Shown: piece after piece, positions 1 to 10,727 of the stretch | How positions within the stretch are numbered: the stretch's first letter is position 1 | How the letters are laid out: each line of letters starts with the position of its first letter | Source of the DNA: Seison nebaliae | Taxonomy: Eukaryota | Direction: 5' to 3' | DNA length: 54,252 nucleotides | Assembly (NCBI GenBank): GCA_023231475.1 | Contig: JALJEE010001644.1 | Span: 62,001-116,252 of the forward strand | Translations under genes and position numbers: made by a program | The notes under the pieces: generated by a model | What the model saw: only the letters and a program-made list of their open reading frames with translations | The model's database searches: none | Told to the model about the DNA's origin: nothing

Positions 1-1
1 T

Positions 2-226
2 CATGATAAATCAAAAGATCATCTATCGATTAGTCAACACACAAAATCATCATCTATTGGAGGAATCACCAATAACAGTTTTGATCCATTCGCTAACACA
101 GATATGGGAACGAATAAAGTTGAATCGAATAAACAATCCAATAATCAAATGTTGGATGCATTATTTAATAGTTCGAATGACGGGACGAATCACGGATCAT
201 CATCTCTAAACGATTTATGGAATTAA
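2..226 (+). CDS. 3' end of a gene running in from the left edge (low-complexity tail ...NSFDPFAN...SSLNDLWN*)
   Basis: Frame 2 is open from the window edge to TAA at 224-226, followed by AT-rich UTR-like DNA. The DPF motif and terminal DLW resemble tails of endocytic accessory proteins; identity not determinable. Confidence 0.55.
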   Translation, partial: HDKSKDHLSISQHTKSSSIGGITNNSFDPFANTDMGTNKVESNKQSNNQMLDALFNSSNDGTNHGSSSLNDLWN

Positions 227-569
227 ATGACATTTCAAATAAAGGAGGGTTGAATTAAATATCATTCCGAAAAAAATATTATTTTCATTTATTTTAATTA
301 TTATTGTTGTAATAATAATATATCGACTCTTTTAATTATAACTTCAAACTTATATTGTTAAAATAACATTTTAAACAAATAAAATTTTAATCTAACGGAT
401 TTCTAGTTTTATATTGTTCGACTAATCATCTATCTGTTGATTGTTAAATAATTCTCTCTATATTTCAAAGTCTATTCTCTACAAAATACATTGCGAACGT
501 TAATTGTGTCTGTGAGCAGATAGTGTGCATATTCCGTGCACAAAATATATTTTATTAAAATTGAACGTT

Positions 570-3500
570 ATGAAGAAAGAAATTAATGTTGATGATGATG
601 ATGATAATTTTCTTACCTCATCAACGACTACTTCGTCATCCGTTAATGTATTGCATGCAGTCGACGATACGATTTATTATCTGTATGATAAACTCAAATT
701 GAGATTTCAAAGGAAAAAAACGAAACAGAGAGACGAAAGTAAAAAGAAATATCGGAGAGATGATAAAGATCAGACTTATGCTACTGAATTATCAGATCCA
801 AACATTAGAGGTGGTGGGAGTGGCGATGATAGTCGTCTGGTAATCGATAATAATGAAGTGACTTATAAGAAACCGGGACGAATAGTAATGCGTCCGAGAA
901 ACACATTGAGATTTATTGATGAATTACATGAAGCTCAATCACAAATCCAATCAGGATTTCGACATTATAAATATCTCATATTATTTTTCGCTACATTAAT
1001 CGTATTATTACTTCTGATTACCATATTTGCATTTCTTACTTATTATTATGGTGGTTTTGGTGCTGAAGGTTATTTGAATGAAAAGAAAGAAATAGTTACC
1101 GAATTTCTCATATTTCTTGATAAGGATGATATTAATGAAACGATATCGAGGAATATGTATCTGGTGTCATGGAAACCGGAATTCCGTCCTCAATGTGTCA
1201 GTTTATCGGAAACGCGACGTCCCAAAAGTACAAATTTTGCGAGAAAAATTAAACAGTTCGATGAATTGTTTATGGATCGACCGAGTTCAGTAGACGATAA
1301 TGAGAAATTAGTGAAGAACTTTTTAATGTTCTCTTGTTATGGATCGATTGATGAAACGGGTTTAAATCAGAATCTTGAAGAATTAAGTGACACATATAAA
1401 ATATTTGAAGTCAATCCAACTTCTCAATTGTTACGGGCAAAATTCAACGTAATCTCTTTACAAATGAGTCAACGAAAATTATTCGGTCCGATGATCGACA
1501 ATTTCGTCGATGTTCTACAAAGTTCTTATGAAAGTCTTCGATTGAAACATTTCAGACCAGATATTGATCAGTTTATTGAAGAGAAGGAATCGTTCAGCGA
1601 ATACATATCGCAACCATCCGATTATATTGATGAGTTTCCAAAAATATATCAGAAATTAACTGCTTTGTATCAAATGTGTCAATATTCGTTGAAAGATCAA
1701 CATCAACATCATTTAAGAACGAATGATAATCATTTATTGTTATTGAGACGATTGCAATGGTATTTGAAACATGAAGTATTTGACATGAAAGAATTCGTCA
1801 ATGACAATAACGATAAGGAGAATGATTTAACGAAATTAATTAAATCATGGACAATTAATAATGACGAAGATGAAGAAGATAAAGATAATTTATTTGATCT
1901 CATTGGAATTGATGATGAGACGGCAAGGATTTTTTTAAACGATGTTTTACTCAAAAGAAATTTAGGCATTGAATCGATTGATGATTTGAAGGGTTATGCA
2001 GAGAATAGTCATTCCATTATGAGATTATTCGCACAAATGAATGTTCGATGTCCGTCAAGTTTACGACGATCCATTTCAGCTGACATCTTCCAATTACACG
2101 CAGTGAATGATCCGAGATATAAAGATAAATTTATTTTAAGAGTTTATGTCAAGAAAACTTCTCAAGTTAATACGCTCAACAGAGACTTACTCTTTCAATC
2201 GATCAGTAAATATTTACCGAAATTTTTAACGGAATTCGGAATTGATGATTTCGTATCGCGATTTGATGATAATACGGTTCAGATATTGAAATCGGTATTT
2301 CCAACTATCAGCATTATGACTCCTTTACAATTATCAGAATATAGTATTATGGATTCCCAATATTTCATTGCTCCAATGAGAGTAATCGAAGAATTAACTG
2401 ATCTTCCTTTATATGAATATGTCGATGAATATTTAGCCACTTTGTTACTCTTCCATCATAACGATTCACCTGATGAATATACAACACGTGGAAAGAATCT
2501 AAGAGATGTTGAAATTATTTTTTCGATCGACGACTTAAATATCCTGAAACGATTTAGTAAATTTATTAGACTTCTCGAATTCGAATCAAAAACCGCTCAA
2601 TTAACCGGTGTTGACATTTCACCTCATAAATACACGAAAAGCGACTTAGCCATCCTAGGGAAATTCGGAATGAAAAATTCATGGGTTGCAGACTTGGAGA
2701 ATATGGTAAGTTCACTTTTTAAAAAAGTTAGACCAACTGATGGAGGTAACGAATCGAAAGCCGGTGGAACTGTACCAAAACCTGTTACTTCAGAAAAGGG
2801 AAATGAAGGAGTAAACACGAATGGTCAAAATGAAATAAAAGAACAAACAATTTCTGCTAGTCCTGTAGCTACCATAGACACAGACTCAATGAATCCGGTT
2901 GTTGTTAGTGCAGGTACTGGGAATGAAGAAATTGTAATCGGAGGAGGAGGAGTTGGTCAAATTTCGATAGGTACTGAAGGTGGTGGAATTCCAGTTATTA
3001 GTGAAGGTGCTACTGGTGTCACAATTCATGAGGAGAAGGAGATAAGTATAAATTTTCAAAAGAATAAAAGAGATGGAGAAGATTTATCGAACGACACACC
3101 GTTATTGCATTATGCGAAATATATCGTTTTGAAGTATATTAGTTCGACACATTATTATTTTTTGAATTATATGAAATTTTATCATCGATTTACTAAACGT
3201 AATTCGGAACAAAGTAATCGTGCCGAATTTTGTATTCGCTTATTATCGGCCGCATTCCCCCAAGCCATGCTCAGTCTTCATGCACATGCATTTCAAGTAG
3301 AGAATCGACAATTTGTCGGAGTTTCATACGATCGAATAAGAATGGAAGATCGAGTGAAAGATATGATAAAGAATTTAAGATCGAAAGCTTTAAAGAATAT
3401 TGATGAATTCGTTCGGAAAACATCATCACCTTCTTTAGATAAGAAATTGAAGAAAAAGTTGAATGATATGGTTGTTCGATTAGCTTTCGAAAATTGGATA

Positions 3501-4691
3501 ACGAATATAACCATCATTGAATATACAAGTAATCCAGTCACATTTGTACCAGGAAAGAAGATTCAGTATAATAATGCTCCTTATCGTCCTATGAGAAATA
3601 TGAAAACGACATTGACCGAGACTGAGGGATATTCTGTCACATTATTGTTGTTGATGATATTGGTAGATGGAAAGATTCGTTTGAGACAATTAGAAATGTT
3701 TCAAGTTTTACGAAAGAGTATTGAAACGGAATATGCGATTCAGTTGAAAAATGAAAAGATTCTAACTGAACATGACGCCCGAGAAATGCCCCTTTGGCTA
3801 CCTTATTATTTGGATGCCGATTCACCTTTATATTCATTTGAGAAATTGAAAGATCATTCTTCACATTATTCAAATAATTTGAATGAGGTGTACATTACAC
3901 CTTCTCTCTTATCTGCACCATTCTATCAGAATGATTATCCAACTGCTTATCTGTATGGAACTATCGGAATAATCATCGGTCGATATTTCTCCATTGCTCA
4001 TCTCCTCAAAATATTTCTGGAAGAACGAAGTGAAATGGATGACAATTTTCGATCAGATGATAATATTCATCGTTCATCGAAAAAGTATTATTCTGATACG
4101 ATCGGATGTTTAAGTCGTCAGAATGCTGAGCGATATGTTTATTTCGATCATATCGGACAATATGTTAAAATGGAAGATTTCTTGGAATTTTCTGCTAATG
4201 CATTTCCATTCATTCGAGATCGTAGTGGACTTAGTCCCACTAGAATCGACAAACCGTTAGATACGCGCATTAAGATGAATGTTGGATATCAGGCAATGAA
4301 AGAACATGACGGTCTTTATTTGAGTTTAGCTGCTCTTCAAAGTGCATTGAAGACAATGAAAACTTCACTTTATGATCAAACTTATTTTTCTTTGACTCAT
4401 ATTTTCATCTTCTATTTGGGCTACATGCAATCCAATTGTCAATTATTGTTACCTAATCTCTATTTCTTGTATCAACAGACATATTCGGAAGATCTCAAAG
4501 GAAATCTTCAATGGAACTATTATATTTTATATGCAGATCAGATGCATTTGACTCCGATGTTGTTGGCTTTACATAATTATGGGAAGGAATTTGACAAGTA
4601 TAACATAGCTCGCGTAGCAACCATGAACAAGAATTGTAATCAAATTCAATTGCTCAATATTGGCACGTATAGCGTTGGGAAATGTTACTAA
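570..4691 (+). CDS. Neprilysin/M13-family-like type II membrane protein, predicted catalytically inactive
   Basis: Uninterrupted ORF (first in-frame ATG 570). One N-proximal TM helix (YLILFFATLIVLLLLITIFAFLTYYYG). C-terminal NEVYITPSLLSAPFY...LYGTIGIIIGRYFSIAH aligns with M13 NQIVFPAGILQPPFF...NYGGIGMVIGHEITH, and FYLGYMQSNC with FFLNFAQVWC. HExxH is absent. Confidence 0.75.
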   Translation: MKKEINVDDDDDNFLTSSTTTSSSVNVLHAVDDTIYYLYDKLKLRFQRKKTKQRDESKKKYRRDDKDQTYATELSDPNIRGGGSGDDSRLVIDNNEVTYKKPGRIVMRPRNTLRFIDELHEAQSQIQSGFRHYKYLILFFATLIVLLLLITIFAFLTYYYGGFGAEGYLNEKKEIVTEFLIFLDKDDINETISRNMYLVSWKPEFRPQCVSLSETRRPKSTNFARKIKQFDELFMDRPSSVDDNEKLVKNFLMFSCYGSIDETGLNQNLEELSDTYKIFEVNPTSQLLRAKFNVISLQMSQRKLFGPMIDNFVDVLQSSYESLRLKHFRPDIDQFIEEKESFSEYISQPSDYIDEFPKIYQKLTALYQMCQYSLKDQHQHHLRTNDNHLLLLRRLQWYLKHEVFDMKEFVNDNNDKENDLTKLIKSWTINNDEDEEDKDNLFDLIGIDDETARIFLNDVLLKRNLGIESIDDLKGYAENSHSIMRLFAQMNVRCPSSLRRSISADIFQLHAVNDPRYKDKFILRVYVKKTSQVNTLNRDLLFQSISKYLPKFLTEFGIDDFVSRFDDNTVQILKSVFPTISIMTPLQLSEYSIMDSQYFIAPMRVIEELTDLPLYEYVDEYLATLLLFHHNDSPDEYTTRGKNLRDVEIIFSIDDLNILKRFSKFIRLLEFESKTAQLTGVDISPHKYTKSDLAILGKFGMKNSWVADLENMVSSLFKKVRPTDGGNESKAGGTVPKPVTSEKGNEGVNTNGQNEIKEQTISASPVATIDTDSMNPVVVSAGTGNEEIVIGGGGVGQISIGTEGGGIPVISEGATGVTIHEEKEISINFQKNKRDGEDLSNDTPLLHYAKYIVLKYISSTHYYFLNYMKFYHRFTKRNSEQSNRAEFCIRLLSAAFPQAMLSLHAHAFQVENRQFVGVSYDRIRMEDRVKDMIKNLRSKALKNIDEFVRKTSSPSLDKKLKKKLNDMVVRLAFENWITNITIIEYTSNPVTFVPGKKIQYNNAPYRPMRNMKTTLTETEGYSVTLLLLMILVDGKIRLRQLEMFQVLRKSIETEYAIQLKNEKILTEHDAREMPLWLPYYLDADSPLYSFEKLKDHSSHYSNNLNEVYITPSLLSAPFYQNDYPTAYLYGTIGIIIGRYFSIAHLLKIFLEERSEMDDNFRSDDNIHRSSKKYYSDTIGCLSRQNAERYVYFDHIGQYVKMEDFLEFSANAFPFIRDRSGLSPTRIDKPLDTRIKMNVGYQAMKEHDGLYLSLAALQSALKTMKTSLYDQTYFSLTHIFIFYLGYMQSNCQLLLPNLYFLYQQTYSEDLKGNLQWNYYILYADQMHLTPMLLALHNYGKEFDKYNIARVATMNKNCNQIQLLNIGTYSVGKCY

Positions 4692-5158
4692 AAGATGTGG
4701 TCTTTTCTTTTTTGTATTCATATATTCATCGTATATTCATTGATCTCATGAATTATTCATTTTAAATATCATTCATTGATTATATTCCGATTTATTAAGC
4801 ATCATATTAAATTGTCATTAGTTTCCTTTCAGAACTTTATTGTCATTTTACTCAATGTTTAAATGCCACGATAAATTATTGATTTCATTTTATTCATGGA
4901 ATAATCATAATAATAATTTTAATCAAATATGTATCAGAATTAGGAAAAAACCAGAGAAACACTTCATCTGGACTATATTACTTGGAAGTTATGGTGAATA
5001 ATCGAACAGATCAGTTTCTCTTTAATTGAAGGGAGAAATGTAGATTAATTTTTCGATTTTGAAGCATATTTCTTTATTATTTTATTCATTTAATTTATCA
5101 TTCCCTGGAAAAATTTAATTTAGTTTCGATTCGTTTTACGATAACAATTTAATAAAAA

Positions 5159-5941
5159 ATGGAAGAATTAATTCGAACTTTCCAATCGATTTATCACGAG
5201 AAACAAGAAGGAAGATTATGTGCACAACATTGTCTAAATAATTTGTTACAACAACGAGCGGTAACCGCCGTCCAATTAGGTATGATTGGTCAAAGACTAT
5301 TATCAGAAATGAATGGAATTTTAAATATTAACGATCAGGAAGGATTCCATGACGATACGGGATTCTTCAGTATAGAAGTTATAGAAAATTGCTTGAAACA
5401 ATATCAAATAAATTTGATAAGATTCAATTCGAAAACTAACGAATTGGCGACATTAGCGAGACAGTCACCATCTCAATCAGTTTTTCAGGCATATGTCTGT
5501 TGGCTTGATGCCCACTGGTTCACTGTGAGACGATTTGGCACTTATTGGTTTGATCTCAATTCGTCATTACGTCAACCAAAATATTTGAGTGATGTTTTAT
5601 TAGATGTCTTCCTCTCACAACTAATTGATGATGGATATTCCGTTTTTATTGTCGATGGAACAATTCCCGAATCAGTAGCTGACATTAATTTTGGTCAATT
5701 TGATCATAATGTTTGGATGAAGGAATATCTTTTATATGGTTTTTCCTAATTCTTCTTCTTCATTTAATATTAATTCATTTTAATCTTATTTTCAGTCTCA
5801 AGAATAAACAGGGTCGAAACGGAAACAATTCCTGTAGCGTCAACTTTAAAGGTCGACCATCCCATCGACTTGACTACGGAAGATTCAACTACCGACGTGG
5901 AACTCCAACGAGTCATAGCGAAGAGTTTATTCGAAAAATGA
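5159..5941 (+). CDS. ATXN3: Ataxin-3-like Josephin deubiquitinase, 241 aa, 2 exons (5159-5738, 5796-5941)
   Basis: IYHEKQEGRLCAQHCLNNLLQ, DDTGFFSIEVI, HWFTVRRFG.YWFDLNS with Cys/His/Asn triad intact. A 57-nt phase-1 intron GTTTTT..TTCAG joins an exon ending in UIM-like DVELQRVIAKSL. Confidence 0.93.
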
Positions 5942-6020
5942 AAATATCATTTGGTGACATTCATAAAATTAATTTTCTACTGATATTTTCTTGATAAATT
6001 TTTTTGAGTTTTCATTCGAA

Positions 6021-8364
6021 ATGTTTCTTATAAAACGAACATCGTTATTTCTCATCATTCTCATTCATCTTAATCTCCTCAAATTTTATTGTTATTTTCA
6101 TAAATTTCCATTATCATCATTATTAATTTTAGTTTCCATCTTTTGTCGATATTGCACTTTTCACACTTGTACGAAAGTTAAACGGATTAATTTATCTACC
6201 AACGTTGTCTTCGATATTCCTTTGGAATATATTCGTTGTAAGGAAACTAATGATAATGTTAAAGATTTATAAGAAATTTAAAACTTTTATCTTTTATGAT
6301 AAAGGAAACTATTCCTGTTTGTTATACGACGGTTTTGAAATGGAAAGAAATCTCTTTTTCTGGCAACATTTTCTATTCACAAACCAGTTCACAATTCTCT
6401 CATTATTATGAATTATAAATTAATTGAAGAAATTGAACGTTCATGTACTTATATCAAGAAAGAAGAATTTAAACATATTCAATCAAGTTTTACGACATTT
6501 GTCGATACGCAATTGAGATATTGTCGACACGATAAGTTTTTGAGGATTTCATCCAAAATTGAAATTAAAATTATTTCTCAGATGTAATTTCAATGATTCA
6601 GTAGCACCTGGAAAATTCCAACATATCAGTTACTATTTATGAAATTCGTAATTATTATTGTGATTATAGAGAACGAGAATTTTCCGATAATCTGCTTTAA
6701 TGGAAATCCGGACATGAATATCTCAAAATATATCAGTTGTCCGAAACTTTGTGGAGTTCGATTAATATCCAATAGTTCCATTCTATGTTCACAGCTATTA
6801 ATAATTTTCTTCAAAATAGCATTAATAGCTGGTTGTTCGTCTGAATTGTCCGGCTCCAATAATATCGTTGATTTCCAGGAAATTAATTGCGATGAAAATT
6901 TGTTTACTTTTAGTTTTATAATTTAAATTAAATTTGTTTGTTTGAAGTTGTAATGAAAATATTTATAATAAACTAAAAAAGAAATTGAATACAGTTTTAT
7001 CATCTACTTCTCCTTCAGAAACAGTGCCCAACATGAAACTACAACTAGACATACAACGAACAAGTCGATATCGATATCCGCCAAATGTTAAAAGTTCAAC
7101 TACTAGGAACTTTCATTTAGTAACGAAAAGAAATTCAACAAATTTCTACGAAACGTCAACAACAAAGAAACATATAAAGGAATCTTATGAGAAACGAATA
7201 AGTCCATTATCATCCACCACCACATTACCTAGTTATTCTTTTACATTTTCTCGTTATTATTCAGAAATTTTTCAGAAATATCTGAGAAATTCAGTTTGAT
7301 CAATCAGCAAATATCGAACCTATCCGATATTCAAAATTTGGTAAAGAAAAGAAACAATGATGAAAAAATGTTATCTTGTTTAGATAATTCTGGATTCTAG
7401 GGCTTTTTTGCACCCCCTAGGACTTTTTTGCACTCCTTTTTTTGAAAGATTGCGAGGTAGGACTTTTTTGCACTCCCATTTAACCTATTAAAAAAGTAAT
7501 ACCTTGCAATCTTTCAAAAAAAGGGGTGCAAAAAAGTCCGATAATGTAATTTTGAGATTCTAAAGTTTTTTCGATTTAGTTCCAAAGATAAAGAAGAAGA
7601 TTTAAATGCTAATTATAAAACGAATAATTCGGAGGAAAATAATCGAACGAATGAAGTTGATGATAATTCAGAAAATTTAATGACATCAATATCATCAACT
7701 AAATTGATTTCAAGTACCAAATCAAATACTTTAGTGACCACAATTAAATTATTTGAAGACAAAAATGAAAGTTATTTTATGATTTAATTCCAATAATAAA
7801 TATTTTATCAGCAGTTCAATTAGCGGAATATCCATGGCCACCTCCATCGGATCGTATTGGTAGAAATTTAAATTTAACTAAAATATTTTCTGATGTTGTC
7901 CTTGAATAGAAAAGAGTGTCATGACACGAGAAGGATATCGATGTGCATTCCCATTTCATTATAAGAATAAGATTTATCACAATTGTTTGGACGCGGGACG
8001 AGAAGGAAGATTTTGCCAGGTCTACAACCAATTCCCAACAACCAAATGGGGAAGATGTAGCGACGAGGCTTACATCGTCATTAATAAGACGATTGTTGAG
8101 AAAGGAATTTGTATGAGCCCTTGTCAATTCTATGCGAATTACGGAAGCTATTGTCAAATCGGACAGAAGATGTTAAAATGTAAAAGTTAGAGAATGATTA
8201 GAGAATTCCAAGTTCATTTTCTTTTATTAGAAATACAAAATTGTCACTTTCCCTTTTACCTTTATGATAAGTGGAATTATAATTGCGTGAATATGAGACA
8301 AGAAGATGATGAAAAGAATGTATTGATTTGCATGAATAAATTAAAAAGATTAATAAAATGTTGA
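6021..8364 (+). CDS. Secreted multidomain protein: signal peptide, two Ly6/uPAR-like Cys-rich modules, S/T-rich linker, two fibronectin type II-like domains (13 exons)
   Basis: Twelve short introns give one continuous frame: MFLIKRTSLFLIILIHL..; IFCRYC..C..VCY..IERSC..YCRHDKCN; IICFNG..SCPKLCG..AGCS..NCDENFCN; FN2-like GYRCAFPFHYKNKIYHNC..FC..WGRC and NCHFPFYLYDKWNYNC; stop TGA 8362-8364. Confidence 0.65.
7398..7539. mobile_element. MITE-like inverted-repeat element inside intron 9 (7370-7579) of the Ly6/FN2 gene
   Basis: 40-bp inverted repeats at 7420-7459 and 7500-7539 (2 mismatches). The motif GG(A/G)CTTTTTTGCAC occurs three times direct and once inverted. The host intron is 210 nt versus the usual ~50. 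Confidence 0.75.
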
Positions 8365-8424
8365 TAAAGGAAAAACTATGTGGAAAAATCTAAAATTTTC
8401 TCTCTTTTTCTCTTGCTTCACATC

Positions 8425-8914
8425 TTATCCTGTGAACGGTGTCATATCACAATAGCAAGCCAAAGTGGCAATGCCAATTGCACAGAGTTGTGGACAGACA
8501 TCATTTCCATTCATCATTCGTTTGTAGGTGGGATAAATGCGTTTCTTGAGGATCATATAATGTCGATTCTCATAGTCTGGCAACCAGTTATCATCTGTTG
8601 TTTTCATCGTTTTACGTTCTCCCAACGAACTTTTGATCAATTTGGACAATGCTTCCAATTGACGATCTGTATGAGATTTCTTCGATACTTCATCTTAGAA
8701 GAGATGAAATTAGACGGAAAAGAAAATTTAAATTGAACTAACAATTTTTATTGCATCGAGTTTGACAATAATAATGGGAATTAACTTCGCTATTCTTCAG
8801 ACAATTACTCATGCATTCATTGTCGTCGTTGTGATGGTTATTGTTCAAAACGAAACCGTTCGACGAATAGAAAATTACTGTAAGGATTAATGATGTTAAG
8901 ATAGAACGAAGCAT
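8425..8914 (-). CDS. Putative secreted peptide/neuropeptide precursor, 146 aa, 2 exons (8914-8743, 8693-8425)
   Basis: Signal peptide MLRSILTSLILTVIFYSSNG; 4-Cys segment ECMSNC..YCQTRC; 49-nt phase-1 intron GTTAGT..TAAG; KKR and KR sites preceding MMNGNDVCPQLCAIGIATLACYCDMTPFTG*. Confidence 0.7.
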
Positions 8915-10727
8915 TTCGATTGATGAAAATGATTTCCGAATGAGAATTCTACTCCAAACTGATTCTTTCTCTAGAAAATAAAGTTGAAATGATGAGTGTG
9001 ATAATGAATGAATGAATGTGGAAAATTTTAATTGATGAATATTGGACGATTTTTTTTTCTGGATGTTTTCAAATCGACTTTTTATCTGACTGTTCTCTGA
9101 CTAAAGTTTATGTGAATATTTATGATTGTAAAAGATTGGATGATAAGATAAGAAAGAAAACATGACTATTTTATTCAACCGCCTACAATATCTTCCTAAT
9201 GATAAGTTTGCCTGAGTTGATTCCCAGAATTAGATCGATTGATCGACAACTCCTCCTACTCTTATGCTAATAGAAAATAAGATTTTTTCTCATTCAATTC
9301 TCCTCGTATATTGGACCTACTCCTTCACTACGATCAGACGACACGCTCAAAATATGAAAGATAGATGAGGATAATTCCATCAGTTCCACCATGCAATAAT
9401 CGAATTAAAAGGAGAAATGAAAGGAAAAGATTTGGAAGTGAGCTAAGCCTATTTTGTTAAATGGAAAGGAAGAAATTGTATTTTGATCGTGAGAAAATTC
9501 TAAATTGGATGTTAATCCTTTTCAAATAAACTTACTTAATGTCGTCATGACATTGATTCGGAAGAATATCTGATGTTCTCATGGAAAACAATAGAAATTA
9601 CGTGGGCTACCAACATCCGTTAATTGTTACTCCATTCAAACAAGACTGTCGTGCTCGTCAAATCTTTGAAGAAAGATTGTATTCAATTCCTGTTTGAGAC
9701 TTTATCCGTTCCTTCTTACAATATCTTCCGCTATTCTAATTCCATTTCTTCCTCCTTTCTCTTAAAGGATACACGACATCTCTTAACATCAGCCGTTATG
9801 GTACAAGAGACTAACACAGCGACAATCAATTATGCCATTTCAATTAACAATAATTTGAAAAATATTCAAGAAACTGAGAAGAGAAATGACATTTCATTTA
9901 ATCGGAGAAAAATGTTGAAACAACAAGGACATCTCTCCTCGCTGATGTTGAGCCATGCATCCTCCCCCAATTCACCATCTTCTCATTTATCATGTCCTTC
10001 CTCAACACTTCATCGTCGTTAGTGAAAGTTTTTTGAAAGAATTCTCCCATCCAAATGTCCCACAAAAATTCTCTTAAATTTCTTCTAATTCCTTCCATTT
10101 TTATAGCGAATCATCAATCGTTTAAAGAACAGTTTAATGAAAAATTAGAGAAATTGAAGAAGAAGAATTTTGATCTAGTGAACAAATATTATCCTCATCT
10201 AATAGATGGGAATGATGAAGCAAAAAAATAAAATAAAAAAATTCAAAATTTTAAAATATTTAAAGTTTAATAATGTGATAATCCTTTTTAACTTTTTGAT
10301 GAAATATTTTATCTTCAAAAAACTATTAATATTGTTGATTCTCAAACTGATTAAGAGTTTCTATACAATTCACAGTTAAACAAGTTTCCAATTTGGGAAA
10401 ATATAAGTCAATTAGGAAAGTTCCTTTATTCTTCCAATCATCAGATTTTTCATCATCAGGAAAATAGAGCATTAAAAAATTTTAAGTTTTTAAACTTGTT
10501 TAATTGGCTAGTAAATTTATGAAAAGTATTGAAATTAAATTTCAGAGAGAACAATTATAAAATGAACAATAAAAGGTATAAAGGGAAATAGTTGCCTAAT
10601 TTTTGAATAAGAACTTAAGAAATAATAAAATTAATAATCAAAATTTCTATAAAATTTGGTGAATAAAGAAAATTCAAATATCATTCAAAACTTATATCTA
10701 AGGAATAGAATAGAAACAATTCGAAAG

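Noticed and set aside
3..209. 68-aa ORF in the track
   Set aside because: Overlaps a longer open frame (2-226) that looks like a real C-terminus; probably a shadow ORF.
525..569. GTG/TTG-initiated N-terminal extensions (also 10656-10727 and others)
   Set aside because: The track uses bacterial-style alternative starts; in this eukaryote the first in-frame ATG fits homology better.
9624..10098. ORFs 9624-10022 (+) and 9898-10098 (-)
   Set aside because: No recognisable motifs and no splice path giving a longer frame; more likely upstream/UTR DNA of the peptide precursor gene.
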